A stretch of 64,000 nt of DNA from Candidatus Danuiimicrobium aquiferis (GTDB lineage: Bacteria > Omnitrophota > Omnitrophia > Omnitrophales > Danuiimicrobiaceae). Position numbers and translations under genes: made by a program. The first letter of the stretch is position 1. Every line of letters starts with the position of its first letter. The DNA is taken from NCBI GenBank assembly GCA_001804285.1, contig MHFR01000013.1, forward strand, positions 8,920 through 72,919, read 5' to 3'. Positions 27,682 through 38,161 of this stretch are shown here, piece by piece. The notes under the pieces were generated by a model, which saw only the letters and a program-made list of their open reading frames with translations, searched no databases and was not told where the DNA came from.

Positions 27682-28593
27682 ATGAGCACTACACCTCAAA
27701 TGGAATGTGCGTCGGATGCGCATATTGAAAATTTTTTAGCATTTTTGGAAGTCGAGAAAAATGCGTCAATTCACACGATCAAAAATTACCGGATCGACTT
27801 GCGTGAGTTTTGTGGCTTTTTAAATCACGAAGTAACGCCTGACATTTCCCAGATTAATTATTTGTCCGTTCGCCGTTTCCTCGCGCATTTGAAAGAAAAT
27901 CATTATTTAAAAAGTTCGATTTCCCGGAAATTGGCTTGTCTGAAATCTTTTTTTAAGTATTTAACCCGCGAACATGTGGTCGAAACGAATCCGGCCGGTG
28001 GAATTTCTTCGCCGAAACGTGACAAGAAATTACCGTCTTTTCTTGACGAAAAAGAGATCGAACGGCTTCTTGAGTCGATTCACGGCGATTCGTGGAAAAT
28101 CAAGCGAGACCGGGCCATGATGGAAACGCTTTACAGCGCCGGCGTGCGCGTCAGCGAATTGGTGGGGTTAAATGTGGATGACGTGGATTTGTTGAGCGGG
28201 TTGGTGAAAGTTCGCGGGAAAGGCAAGAAAGAGCGGCTGGTGCCGCTCGGTTCGTATGCGTCGAATGCGATTAAGGATTATCTTGAGGCACTTCCGGCAG
28301 ATTTGATTAACGGAAGCCATGCTCTTTTTCTAAATCGAAGCCGGACGCGGATGACGGACAGGAGTGTCCGGCGAATGATTCTAAAATATGCCAAACGAGC
28401 GGCGCTCAAGAAAGGAATTTCACCTCACACGCTCAGGCATACGTTTGCGACGCATCTTCTTGACCGAGGAGCGGATTTGAGAAGTGTTCAAGAACTGCTC
28501 GGGCATGCGCACCTTTCCACCACTCAAATTTATACACATGTGACTTCAAAGCGCCTCAAGGATGCGTATCAGGCAGCGCATCCGAGGGCATAG
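27682..28593 (+). CDS. xerC: Tyrosine recombinase XerC-like
   Basis: GVRVSEL, GKGKKER, HTLRHTFATH, LLGH...TTQIYTHV; topA-xerC synteny. Confidence 0.9.
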   Translation: MSTTPQMECASDAHIENFLAFLEVEKNASIHTIKNYRIDLREFCGFLNHEVTPDISQINYLSVRRFLAHLKENHYLKSSISRKLACLKSFFKYLTREHVVETNPAGGISSPKRDKKLPSFLDEKEIERLLESIHGDSWKIKRDRAMMETLYSAGVRVSELVGLNVDDVDLLSGLVKVRGKGKKERLVPLGSYASNAIKDYLEALPADLINGSHALFLNRSRTRMTDRSVRRMILKYAKRAALKKGISPHTLRHTFATHLLDRGADLRSVQELLGHAHLSTTQIYTHVTSKRLKDAYQAAHPRA

Positions 28594-28604
28594 GAAAATG
28601 TCAC

Positions 28605-28650
28605 CCCCTCACCCTAACCCTCTCCATGGGGGAGAGGGGAGGGTGAGGGG
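28605..28650. repeat. Family C palindrome / stem-loop after xerC
   Basis: CCCCTCACCCTAACCCTCTCC-ATGGG-GGAGAGGGGAGGGTGAGGGG. Confidence 0.8.
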
Positions 28651-28705
28651 CAATGGGAATAACTTATATTTGTTTAAAGTAGTAATAGGCAACAAGGTTT
28701 AATAA

Positions 28706-30022
28706 ATGGTCACTATTTACGACATTATATTTTTTCTATTTACCTTTATCGCGATGCCGAAGTTCATTTTGCGGCTCAAGCAAGCGGAGGATGCCAAGGT
28801 GCTGCTCCGGGAACGCATGGGCCGATTTGATAAAGATAAAAAAGAAAAATTTTCCAAACGAAAAACGCTTTGGATTCATGCAGTCAGTGTCGGAGAAGTG
28901 ATCGCGGCGGAACCGTGGATTGAGCTTTTTTTAAAAAAGTATCCCGATTGGCAAATTGCGTTTTCGGCGACTACCCCGACGGGTTATTCGGTTGCGAAAA
29001 AAAATGTTTCTGAGAGATTGATTATTTTTTATGCGCCGTTCGATTTTAGTTTTGTAGCGCGCAAAGTCATTCGCGAAATCAATCCGAAACTGATTCTTCT
29101 CATGGAAACGGAGATTTGGCCGAATTTAATTTCCGAAGCTTCTCGCGCGTCTGTCCCTGTCGGAATCTTAAACGGCCGGATTTCGCCGCGTGCATTTAAG
29201 CGATATCGATGGATCCGATTGTTGATGAAGCATCTTCTATCAAAGCTTTCTTTTTGCCTCGTTCAGTCGGAAAAGGATGAGGCGCATTTTTCTGAATTGG
29301 GAATGTCAAAAGAAAAAATATCGTTGACCGGAAATATGAAATTTGACCGCGTGGTTAGCCCGGGGGTCACCCAAAAAGAAGATTTTCTGAGTTTGTTTTT
29401 AGAGGATAGTTTGATACTTCTTGGGGGTAGCACACATTGGAATGAAGAAGATATCTTGATGCGTGCGTTTAGCAAGCTTCGCCAAGAATTTAAAAATCTA
29501 AAATTGATTTTAGCGCCGCGGCATCCCGAGAAGGTTCCGGTAGTTGTCGAGGCATTGAAACAAAATGGTTTTTCATTCGGTTTGTATTCAGAGAGGAATA
29601 CAAATCAGGCGAAAAAGGTTTTAGTGATTGATCAAATGGGTGTGCTTGCTTCGCTTTATGAAGTGGCCACCGCAGTTTTTATGGGAGGAAGTTTAGTCCG
29701 GCATGGCGGGCAAAATCCGATTGAAGCGGCTCAGTTTCACAAAGCGGTTGTCCATGGACCGAATGTGTTTAATTTCGAGTCTGTTTATGATGAGCTCGAC
29801 CAGGCGGAGGCGGCTTATCTTGTCCGGACAGAAGAAGAGTTATATGAAAAATTAAAATGGTTCCTTAGTCAATTTTCTGTTCGCGAAAGCGCGGGGAAAA
29901 AAGCATATGACGTGATTGAATCTCTGCGCGGTGCGACTGAACGGAACATGGCACTCGTTTCCCGTTGGATTGAAAGCGGTGGAACAAAAACGCAGTTGCG
30001 TGAGACAGTGGAGGCATTATGA
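28706..30022 (+). CDS. waaA: 3-deoxy-D-manno-octulosonic acid transferase
   Basis: WIHAVSVGE, APFD, ETEIWPN, NGRIS, GNMKFD, APRHPE, GGQNPIE. Confidence 0.97.
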   Translation: MVTIYDIIFFLFTFIAMPKFILRLKQAEDAKVLLRERMGRFDKDKKEKFSKRKTLWIHAVSVGEVIAAEPWIELFLKKYPDWQIAFSATTPTGYSVAKKNVSERLIIFYAPFDFSFVARKVIREINPKLILLMETEIWPNLISEASRASVPVGILNGRISPRAFKRYRWIRLLMKHLLSKLSFCLVQSEKDEAHFSELGMSKEKISLTGNMKFDRVVSPGVTQKEDFLSLFLEDSLILLGGSTHWNEEDILMRAFSKLRQEFKNLKLILAPRHPEKVPVVVEALKQNGFSFGLYSERNTNQAKKVLVIDQMGVLASLYEVATAVFMGGSLVRHGGQNPIEAAQFHKAVVHGPNVFNFESVYDELDQAEAAYLVRTEEELYEKLKWFLSQFSVRESAGKKAYDVIESLRGATERNMALVSRWIESGGTKTQLRETVEAL

Positions 30023-31077
30023 CAGTCAGGACATTAGTTCGGTGTATGGCTGAGAACAGGCCGACTTCGGGAGGTGTGTTTTGTTTTCTCCTGAAAAGTA
30101 TTTTTAACTTTGCATCTTTTTTTTACGGAAAAGGTGTGCAAATTCACAGGTTGCTCTATCAGAAAAATATTTTTAAAACTGAAAGTTTTGAAAAAACCGT
30201 TATCAGCATCGGCAATCTGACGTGGGGCGGAACGGGAAAAACGCCGATGGTGGAATATATTGCGAATTATTTTATTACCCGGGAAAAAATTCCGATGATT
30301 CTGGCACGGGGATACGGGAAGGATGAAAGCAAAGAGCTTGCGAATAAACTTCCGGCAGCTCAGCTGGGAATTGGAAGCGATCGGGTTGCAGTCGCCAAAA
30401 AAATATTAAGCAAATCATCCATCGATATGATTCTGTTAGACGACGGATTTCAGCATTGGCGAATTAAACGGGATTTTGATATTGTGCTGATTAATGCGCT
30501 TAATCCGTTCGGAAATTTAAGCATTCTTCCTCGCGGGATTTTGCGCGAGCCAATGTCGAGTTTAAGTCGCGCTTCTTTTATCATTTTGACAGACACCAAT
30601 CTTGTTCCGCGAAAAGAAACGGATTTTTTGAAAGAAAAGATTCGCACATTTAATCCTCCCGTTGAATTTGCAGAAGCATGTCATGAACCCGTTTGTTTCT
30701 ATCGCGCCGATTCACCGCACAAGCAAATTCCTTTAGATCAATTAGAAGGCAAGCGAATGACCGTTTTTTCGGGCATCGGAATGCCGAGGTCGTTTCAAAT
30801 GATTCTCAATCGTATAGGTGTTAAATCGGTTCGGAATTTTGAATTTGATGATCACCATATGTTTCTTTCACGGGAGCTCGAAGATATTCGAAAGGAAAAA
30901 TCGCTTAGCCGGTCGGAAGGTTCGATCACAACGGAAAAAGATTATTTCCGTTGTCCGGGGCGGATCACACAGATTCTCAACCCCTATATTTTAAAGATAC
31001 ACATGCGATTAATTTCCGGCGAAGAAGAATTCCAAACGCGGCTCGACTCTTTTTTTGAAGAGGGAAGTCATGGTTGA
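30019..31077 (+). CDS. lpxK: Tetraacyldisaccharide 4'-kinase
   Basis: SIGNLTWGGTGKTP, RGYG, DDGFQH, PRGILRE, TTEKD. Confidence 0.95.
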   Translation: MTVRTLVRCMAENRPTSGGVFCFLLKSIFNFASFFYGKGVQIHRLLYQKNIFKTESFEKTVISIGNLTWGGTGKTPMVEYIANYFITREKIPMILARGYGKDESKELANKLPAAQLGIGSDRVAVAKKILSKSSIDMILLDDGFQHWRIKRDFDIVLINALNPFGNLSILPRGILREPMSSLSRASFIILTDTNLVPRKETDFLKEKIRTFNPPVEFAEACHEPVCFYRADSPHKQIPLDQLEGKRMTVFSGIGMPRSFQMILNRIGVKSVRNFEFDDHHMFLSRELEDIRKEKSLSRSEGSITTEKDYFRCPGRITQILNPYILKIHMRLISGEEEFQTRLDSFFEEGSHG

Positions 31078-33013
31078 GAGTTTTTTTATTTTAGGTGCTC
31101 GTATTTTGCATCTGTGTGTGGAAGCACTTCCGCTTCGATGGGCGATTGTACTGGGCCGTATCATGAGTTTCATTGCTTATCATTTCAGCGGGCGCAGGAG
31201 CGTTGCCTATGTTAATTTGAAAGCTGCTTTTGGGAACCGTTATTCTGCAAAGGACAGGCGTCACCTTGTTCGCCGTGTTTTTTCTAATTTGGTGCAAAAT
31301 GCAATCGAAATTTTTCGTTTCAAACATGTTGATCAAAACTTCCTCGATCAGCACGTTCAATTCAAGCATTTAGACCGGTATTACAACCTTTTTGAAGGAA
31401 AATCCGGCGGAATTTTTCTGACGGCGCATTATGGGAATTGGGAGCTTTCGCAAATGGTTTCATGTGCGTTGGGCCATCCCTTGTATGTGCTTGCACGAAA
31501 ACAGCGATACGAAAAGCTGAACGCATATTTGAATCAGCTGAGGGGAATGAGTGGAAGTATCACGATCGAACAGGGAAGAGGAGTCCGGGAATTTGTCCGG
31601 CTGCTTAAAGGCAAAAAAGTGGTTGCTGTGCTGGGGGATCTTTCGGGCGGACGAAACGGAATGCCGGTTCGATTTTTCGGAAGGAAAACCACTGCTCCGT
31701 ATGGAGTGTTTGCGCTTGCCCGGAAAACCAACGCGGTCATTGTACCGACATTCTTCCCGCGATTAGATGAAGCGCATCATCAACTTTATTTTGCCGAGCC
31801 TCTTGAATTGGATTCGTCGGGCGATCGCGGAGATGTGAAAAAAGACGTTCAACATTATTACCACCTGCTTGAGGATTGGATTGGCCGTCAGCCCGAGCAA
31901 TGGTTTTGGATTTATAAAAGGTGGAAATATTGCTTTACGAAACGGATTTTATTCATCCATGACGGGCGGGCTGGGCACGCGAGCCAAATCGGGGGAATCC
32001 GGAAGGAATTCGAGAAATTAAAGATGAATTTGTCTTCTGAATATGAATTTGAATATCAGGAGCTTGAAGTCCGGTTTAAAAGTGAATTCCACCGGAAAAT
32101 ATTTTATATTTTAGGTTTTTTCATGATTCCGTTTGCGCAAGGGAATTTAAGCTGGCTCTGTTATTTTCTGGAGGATGAGTGTGCGAAAATTTTAGAGGAA
32201 TTGCACACGGATATCGTTGTCTCTGCGGGATCGAGCTTAGTTTCGCTTAATTTGATGCTCAAAAATGAAAATCAGGCGAAATCGGTTGTGCTTATGACGC
32301 CGTCTTTTCCCTATCAAGGGCACCGCGAAGATTTATTAATTATTCCGGAGCATGATAGAAATTTCACGCGAAGCGCTCACATCGTTCGAACGCTCATTAC
32401 GCCCAATCGCGTTGATGAAGAACTGCTCGCCCGGTCCCGGAAAGAATTGATTGAGCAAGCGGCGTTTCAAAGAAGCGAAAGGAAAAAGGTTGCGGTTTTT
32501 ATCGGAGGTGATTCACGTGCATACCGGTTTGAACCGGAAGCTGTTACCAAGTGGATTCGAGACCTGAAAGAATGGGCGAAAAATGCGGAGGTTGGCCTTT
32601 TAGTAACAACATCGCGACGGACAAAATCGCACATCGAGAAAACAATTAAAGAAGAATTGCAATCAGATCCCTTATGCGAGCTTCTTGTGATTGCAAATGA
32701 ATCAAATATTCCGAATGTAACGTATGGGATGCTTTCGCTTTCCGAGATTGCCGTAGTGACCGAAGATAGTATTTCGATGATTTCCGAGGCGCTCAGCGCA
32801 CGGAAAAAAGTGATTGTCATGCAACTTGGAAACGGAAAACTTCCGATAAAACATCAGCGCTTTATTGATGTGCTCGGAGTTCAATCGATGATTCGGGTTG
32901 CGAGCGAAAACGATTTTAAAGATGTCATTTCTTCGGTCGAAAGCGGTTATGCACATATCAATGTAGACGAAAACTCAAATCGGATTCAAAAAGGACTTCG
33001 AACGCTCCTATGA
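31070..33013 (+). CDS. Fusion: lipid A late acyltransferase (LpxL-like) + ELM1/GtrOC1-like putative glycosyltransferase domain
   Basis: N-half LTAHYGNWE, PEQWFWIYKRWK; C-half HDGRAGHASQ, FIGGDS, TTSRRT, VTEDSISMISEA. Confidence 0.85.
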   Translation: MVESFFILGARILHLCVEALPLRWAIVLGRIMSFIAYHFSGRRSVAYVNLKAAFGNRYSAKDRRHLVRRVFSNLVQNAIEIFRFKHVDQNFLDQHVQFKHLDRYYNLFEGKSGGIFLTAHYGNWELSQMVSCALGHPLYVLARKQRYEKLNAYLNQLRGMSGSITIEQGRGVREFVRLLKGKKVVAVLGDLSGGRNGMPVRFFGRKTTAPYGVFALARKTNAVIVPTFFPRLDEAHHQLYFAEPLELDSSGDRGDVKKDVQHYYHLLEDWIGRQPEQWFWIYKRWKYCFTKRILFIHDGRAGHASQIGGIRKEFEKLKMNLSSEYEFEYQELEVRFKSEFHRKIFYILGFFMIPFAQGNLSWLCYFLEDECAKILEELHTDIVVSAGSSLVSLNLMLKNENQAKSVVLMTPSFPYQGHREDLLIIPEHDRNFTRSAHIVRTLITPNRVDEELLARSRKELIEQAAFQRSERKKVAVFIGGDSRAYRFEPEAVTKWIRDLKEWAKNAEVGLLVTTSRRTKSHIEKTIKEELQSDPLCELLVIANESNIPNVTYGMLSLSEIAVVTEDSISMISEALSARKKVIVMQLGNGKLPIKHQRFIDVLGVQSMIRVASENDFKDVISSVESGYAHINVDENSNRIQKGLRTLL

Positions 33014-35115
33014 AAATTGCTCAGATTTTGCCCGAATTAAATGTCGGCGGGGTTGAAACGGGAACGGTTGACCTCGCAAAAGCGCTTAAAAAACGAGGGG
33101 ATGAGCCGTATGTCATTTCAAATGGCGGTTCTTTGGTGGAGGAACTTGTCAAATTCGGTATTCCCCATCTCGAACTTCCGGTTCATCAAAAATCAATTAC
33201 ATCACTTGCGCTCATCAATAAAATCGCTTCATTTTTGGAGCGAGAACGCATTGATATTATTCACGCCCGCAGCCGCGTTCCCGCGTGGTTGGCGTACATG
33301 GCTGTCCGCCGGACCCATTGTGATTTTGTAACGACGTGCCACGGCTATTATTCAAAGCATTTTTTTAGCCGTGTAATGGGGTGGGGAAAACGCGTGATTG
33401 TCATATCCCATTCGATCGGACGCCGGATGATCGATGATTTTCAGGTTCCGCCGGAGCGGATAACGCTCATTCACCGCGGCGTGGATTTGGAACAATATAA
33501 ATTTCAATCCGATAAATATGACGAACGCCCGCAAGACCGTCTCAAAATTATCAATATCGGACGGATTACCCCCATCAAGGGCCATACGGAATTTATTCGT
33601 GCCGTTCATTTGCTCAGCAAACGGTTTTCAAATTTCGAAGTTTGGATTGTCGGAGCTGCGGATCAAAGCAAGGAAGGTTATTTTGAAGATTTGAAAATGA
33701 TCGTGAGCCGGCTCGGGATGTCGGATAAAATTAAATTTTTAGGCGCGCGAAAAGATGTCCCGCAGCTATTGAGCCAGGCTGATTTGCTTGTTTTGTCGAC
33801 AAAAATTCCGGAAGCGTTTGGACGGGTATTGATTGAAGCCGGGGCCGTAGGAACGGCTGTTTGTGCGTCACGGATCGGCGGCATTCTTGACGTGATCGAA
33901 GATCAGAAAAACGGACTTCTTTTCTCGCCCCAAAATATGGAAGAAATGGCGATGTCGATGGAACGGCTTCTCAGGAATCGGGCGCTATCTAAAAAATACG
34001 CTCATGCGCTTCATGAAAAAGTGGTTCAGTATTTCAATCTTGATCAAATGGTAACGAAAACACAGCAGGTTTATGAAGAAGTGCGCCAACAGAAAAAAAT
34101 CCTGATTACGAAACTGGGTGCCATGGGTGATTTGGTTCTGGCTGTTCCAAGTTTCAGAATGATTCGGCAGCGGTATCCTAAGGCGCATATTTCGCTTTTG
34201 GTTGAGCCGAAGTTTGTCTCGATGATGCAAAGCAATCCTTATTTGGATGAAATTGTGACATTTGACCGCAGGAAGCATCGGACAAAGTGGCAGCGGCTTC
34301 TCAAAGTGGCGAAGCGGCTTGGAAAATATAATTATGATATGTCGATAGACCTTCAAAACAATTGGAAGACGCATCTGATTTCGTTCCTTGCGCGTATTCC
34401 CAAACGGTTTGGATTCCGGCGCGGATGGCTCGGCTTTTTGCTGACGCATCCGGTGGTCGCACGCGATGACCGGTTGCCTCCGGTTCAGCATCAATATCAA
34501 ATATTGAGACGGGCCGGCATCAATCAATTTGATGACACGATGGAATTGTGGACGAATCCGCAGGCTGATGAAGTGATTTTAGAGCGTTTAAGGAAACAAG
34601 GATATCATGCAAGCAAGCCGGTTGTTGGGTTCGTTGTCGGTGCGAGCCCGAATTGGCAGACGAAACGTTGGCCTCTTGAGAGGTTTGTTGAATTGGCGGA
34701 TCGGTTGATTAAGAAAGCAAATTGCCAAATCATTCTGATTGGAGCCGATGACGATCAGGAGCTCTCCAAGCATTTTGATCAGCTGGAATCGAAAAATGTA
34801 TTTAACTTTTTAGGAAAAACATCCATGCTGGAATTACTAAGCCTCATTAAACGTTTAGATGTGATGATTACCGGCGATACTGCGCCGCTTCATATCGGGA
34901 ATGCATTTGGGGTTAAACTTGTCGCTCTGTTCGGGCCGACGGAACCGAAACGACATATGCCGCCGGGAGATGAACATATTGTTTTGGTGAAACGGATTAC
35001 CTGTCAGCCGTGTTACCGGCGCGTTTGCAAATATAAAGAAAAAGATGTTTTAAAATGCCTTACGGATATTTCCGTAGAAGAAGTTTTAGAATCCATGGAG
35101 CGTCAGTTGCGCTGA
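33010..35115 (+). CDS. Fusion: GT4 glycosyltransferase + GT9 heptosyltransferase-like domain
   Basis: GGVETG, HARSRVPAW, EAFGRVLIEA (GT4); LGAMGDLV, TKRWP, GDTAPLH, LFGPT (GT9). Confidence 0.9.
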   Translation: MKIAQILPELNVGGVETGTVDLAKALKKRGDEPYVISNGGSLVEELVKFGIPHLELPVHQKSITSLALINKIASFLERERIDIIHARSRVPAWLAYMAVRRTHCDFVTTCHGYYSKHFFSRVMGWGKRVIVISHSIGRRMIDDFQVPPERITLIHRGVDLEQYKFQSDKYDERPQDRLKIINIGRITPIKGHTEFIRAVHLLSKRFSNFEVWIVGAADQSKEGYFEDLKMIVSRLGMSDKIKFLGARKDVPQLLSQADLLVLSTKIPEAFGRVLIEAGAVGTAVCASRIGGILDVIEDQKNGLLFSPQNMEEMAMSMERLLRNRALSKKYAHALHEKVVQYFNLDQMVTKTQQVYEEVRQQKKILITKLGAMGDLVLAVPSFRMIRQRYPKAHISLLVEPKFVSMMQSNPYLDEIVTFDRRKHRTKWQRLLKVAKRLGKYNYDMSIDLQNNWKTHLISFLARIPKRFGFRRGWLGFLLTHPVVARDDRLPPVQHQYQILRRAGINQFDDTMELWTNPQADEVILERLRKQGYHASKPVVGFVVGASPNWQTKRWPLERFVELADRLIKKANCQIILIGADDDQELSKHFDQLESKNVFNFLGKTSMLELLSLIKRLDVMITGDTAPLHIGNAFGVKLVALFGPTEPKRHMPPGDEHIVLVKRITCQPCYRRVCKYKEKDVLKCLTDISVEEVLESMERQLR

Positions 35116-36161
35116 TGAAAATTGCAATTTTTACGAAAAATTGGTTGGGAGATGTTATTTTTCAGATCCCGGCCATGCGTGCGATCAAGAAAAAATTTCC
35201 GGGAAGCGAGCTTTTGGTCGTTTGCCCAAAACGGTGTGTGGAAATTTTGCAAGCATGTCCTTTTGTCAGTGAAGTGATTCCTTTTGACGACAGGGCTCGC
35301 GATAAAAATCTTTTAGCGTTTTTTAAATTAATTTGGAAATTACGTTCGCGAAGGATCGGACGGTTTTATTTGTTCCATCGTTCATTTAGCCGTGCCGTGA
35401 TTGCATGGTTCTCCGGTTCTCCGGTTCGTATCGGTTATGCTTCCAAAAACAGGGGGTTTCTGTTGACGCAGGCCATTCCGGAGCCTGAACAAAAACTTCA
35501 TTCCGTTCGATATTATTTGGAATTGGTCCGCCGCTCGGGGACGGCTATTGACGAAGAATATCAGTGTGAATTTTATTTTACACCTCAGGACAGGAGGCGT
35601 GCCGAACGGCTGATTCGCGAAGTAGGGTTCGATCCGTCGCGGCTGGTTGCGATCAATCCCGGTGCCAATTGGCCGCCTAAACGCTGGCCGGTTGATCATT
35701 TTGCGGATTTGGCGTATCAATTGGCCGAGCAATTTGGCGTGCAAGTGATTGTGACGGGAGGGCCTTCGGATGAAACCTTGGGGAATGTGATTGCGAATAA
35801 AAGAAAGCATCCGTTTATCAAAAATCTCTGCGGGCAAACAACGATTTGTGAGTTGGGCGCGCTTTTCTCATTTTGCCGACTTTTGATTTCGAGCGATTCC
35901 GGGCCGCTTCATATCGGTGCCGGTGTCGGCACGAATGTGGTCGCCATTTTCGGACCGACGGATCCGAAGCAAACCGGGCCGCTTGGGCGCGGCAAGAATG
36001 TGGTGCTTCATCATATTCCGGAAGGCGAACGGGTTCCGTGGTATGGTGAAAATTTTCCGTACGGGAAATGGATGGAACATATTTCTGTTGAGCAGGTGAT
36101 GAACGTCATTGAAAAAGAAGGGTTGCTGGAAAAGGTGGGGGAAAATGGCTCGATTCGATAA
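35115..36161 (+). CDS. waaF: LPS heptosyltransferase II-like (GT9)
   Basis: NWLGDVI, INPGANWPPKRWP, SDSGPLH, IFGPT. Confidence 0.8.
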   Translation: MKIAIFTKNWLGDVIFQIPAMRAIKKKFPGSELLVVCPKRCVEILQACPFVSEVIPFDDRARDKNLLAFFKLIWKLRSRRIGRFYLFHRSFSRAVIAWFSGSPVRIGYASKNRGFLLTQAIPEPEQKLHSVRYYLELVRRSGTAIDEEYQCEFYFTPQDRRRAERLIREVGFDPSRLVAINPGANWPPKRWPVDHFADLAYQLAEQFGVQVIVTGGPSDETLGNVIANKRKHPFIKNLCGQTTICELGALFSFCRLLISSDSGPLHIGAGVGTNVVAIFGPTDPKQTGPLGRGKNVVLHHIPEGERVPWYGENFPYGKWMEHISVEQVMNVIEKEGLLEKVGENGSIR

Positions 36162-37128
36162 TGTCAAAAAAATATTAGTGATTACATTAAGCAATGTCGG
36201 CGACGTGATTTTAACGACGCCGGTAATTTCATGTTTGCGGCAGGAATATCCCGAGAGTGAAATAACGGTTTTGGCCGGCGAAAAAACCATATCGATATTA
36301 ATGAATAGCCGGACCATCCAAGAAGTTATCCCTTATAATAAACACGCATCATGGCTGAGAAAAATTTTATTGGTTTTTAAATTGCGCGCGAAAAAGTTTG
36401 ATTTAGTGGCAGATCTCCGAAATACGGCGATCCCTTTATTGATCGGAGCACGTTACCGCACGGCTATGGTGCCTGACCGGAAAACCATTCCGATGCGTGC
36501 GCGGCATTTGAGCCAAATCCGGGAGCTTGTTTCGACCATAGACAGGGAAAATTGTTTTGATTTTTTTTCGCAGGAAGAAGATGAAACTGCTATGGCAAAA
36601 TATAAGGCGCGTTTAAATGGTGCAGAAGACAAAGCTTTTGTGGTGGTGGTTCCCGGGGCAAGAAGTTCGCTTAAGCGGTGGACGGTTAAAGGGTTTGCAT
36701 GGCTTGTGCAATATTTATATCAGAGAGGAAAGACCGTTGTTCTTGTCGGAAATGAAAAAGATATCGAAGAGGAACTAATGAGTATCTTGAGATGCCCCGT
36801 GGTTAATCTCTTTGGTGCGTTGACGCTCAGAGAGCTATCGGCTATTGTTCATCACGCAGAGATGGTTGTATGTAACGATAGCGGAGTGATGCATCTTACG
36901 AGTGAGTTGAAACGTCCGGTTGTTTGTGTTTATGGGCCCACCAGCGAAGAGATTTGCGGACCCAGAGGCTCTCATGTTCGGATTGTACGGAAGAAACTTG
37001 ACTGTGCTCCATGTGACAAAGCTGAATGCGTTAAAGCGCGGAGAGAATGTCTTGACGATTTACCGGTTGAAGATGTTATTTCCGCCTGTGAGGAGTTATT
37101 TGAAAGTGCAGCCAATCACGCCGTCTAA
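36145..37128 (+). CDS. GT9 family glycosyltransferase
   Basis: LSNVGDVILTTP, KRW, NDSGVMH, YGPT. Confidence 0.9.
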   Translation: MARFDNVKKILVITLSNVGDVILTTPVISCLRQEYPESEITVLAGEKTISILMNSRTIQEVIPYNKHASWLRKILLVFKLRAKKFDLVADLRNTAIPLLIGARYRTAMVPDRKTIPMRARHLSQIRELVSTIDRENCFDFFSQEEDETAMAKYKARLNGAEDKAFVVVVPGARSSLKRWTVKGFAWLVQYLYQRGKTVVLVGNEKDIEEELMSILRCPVVNLFGALTLRELSAIVHHAEMVVCNDSGVMHLTSELKRPVVCVYGPTSEEICGPRGSHVRIVRKKLDCAPCDKAECVKARRECLDDLPVEDVISACEELFESAANHAV

Positions 37129-38161
37129 ATTAAAAAGAATATTAGTTGTCCGTTCAGACCGGATCGGAGACGTGATCTTGTCGACGCCGGTTTTTTCTGC
37201 GATTAAAGAAAAATATCCGCATTGTTATCTCGCCGTATTGGTTGATCAAAGTGTCGAGACGCTGGTGAGGGGGAATCCGTTTGTTGATGAAGTGATTGCT
37301 TATGATAAAAAGGGAAAGCACCGGTCCTGGTGGAGGACCTTGTGGTTGGGGATTGGTTTGAGAAAATACCATTTTGATCTTGCAATTCATTTACACCCGA
37401 CCAACCGCGTTCATATTTTATCATGGCTTGCCGGAATTCCGATCCGGATCGGATACTGCCGGAAAAATCATTATTTACTCACGCATTCGATTGAAGAAAG
37501 AAAACGGCTGGGGAAAAGGCACGAAGCGGAATATAATTTTGATCTTCTGCAATTTATTCACATTCCGGCGCCTCATCGGCTTAAGCTGTATGTTCCGCTT
37601 CACCCTGAAGACAAGAATGAACTTAAAATGCTTGCGCCCGATTTGAAAGATCCGTATGTGGTTTATCATCCAAGCGCAAGTTGTCCGTCAAAGATTTGGC
37701 CGCCTGAACGAATGGCCGAACTTGCGAATAGCCTTGCGCATGAGTGCGGAACTTTTTCCGTGATTGTTGCGTCCGGAAGCGGTGTGAATGAGGCCAATCT
37801 CATGGAGATGCATCTTAAGCAGTCTTATATGAATCTTGGTGGAAAATTGAGTTTGGGCATGCTGGGATGGCTCCTTAAAGGTGCCCGTCTTTTGGTTTCA
37901 AATGATTCCGGGCCGGTTCATTTTGCTTCTGCGGTTGGAACGCCCGTGATTTCTATTTTTGGACGGAATCAGGCCGGCTTGAGTCCGACCCGATGGAAGC
38001 CTCTTGGGGAAAGAAGTTCGTTTGTTCATAAAAATGTCGGTTGTGTTGAATGCTTGGCGCACGATTGCAAGTTGGGTTTTAAGTGTCTTCAAGAATTGAG
38101 CGTGAATGATGTTTTGGGAGAGATCAAAAAGTTGGAAATCTTCGAGCAAAACCGAAAATGA
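37106..38161 (+). CDS. GT9 family glycosyltransferase
   Basis: RSDRIGDVILSTP, KIWP, NDSGPVH; GAGGAG SD before GTG 37106. Confidence 0.9.
   Translation: MQPITPSKLKRILVVRSDRIGDVILSTPVFSAIKEKYPHCYLAVLVDQSVETLVRGNPFVDEVIAYDKKGKHRSWWRTLWLGIGLRKYHFDLAIHLHPTNRVHILSWLAGIPIRIGYCRKNHYLLTHSIEERKRLGKRHEAEYNFDLLQFIHIPAPHRLKLYVPLHPEDKNELKMLAPDLKDPYVVYHPSASCPSKIWPPERMAELANSLAHECGTFSVIVASGSGVNEANLMEMHLKQSYMNLGGKLSLGMLGWLLKGARLLVSNDSGPVHFASAVGTPVISIFGRNQAGLSPTRWKPLGERSSFVHKNVGCVECLAHDCKLGFKCLQELSVNDVLGEIKKLEIFEQNRK

Noticed and set aside
27682-28593. Tyrosine recombinase as a prophage or integron integrase
   Set aside because: It has XerC-like length and motifs, sits after topA, and has no att sites, cassettes or phage genes nearby.
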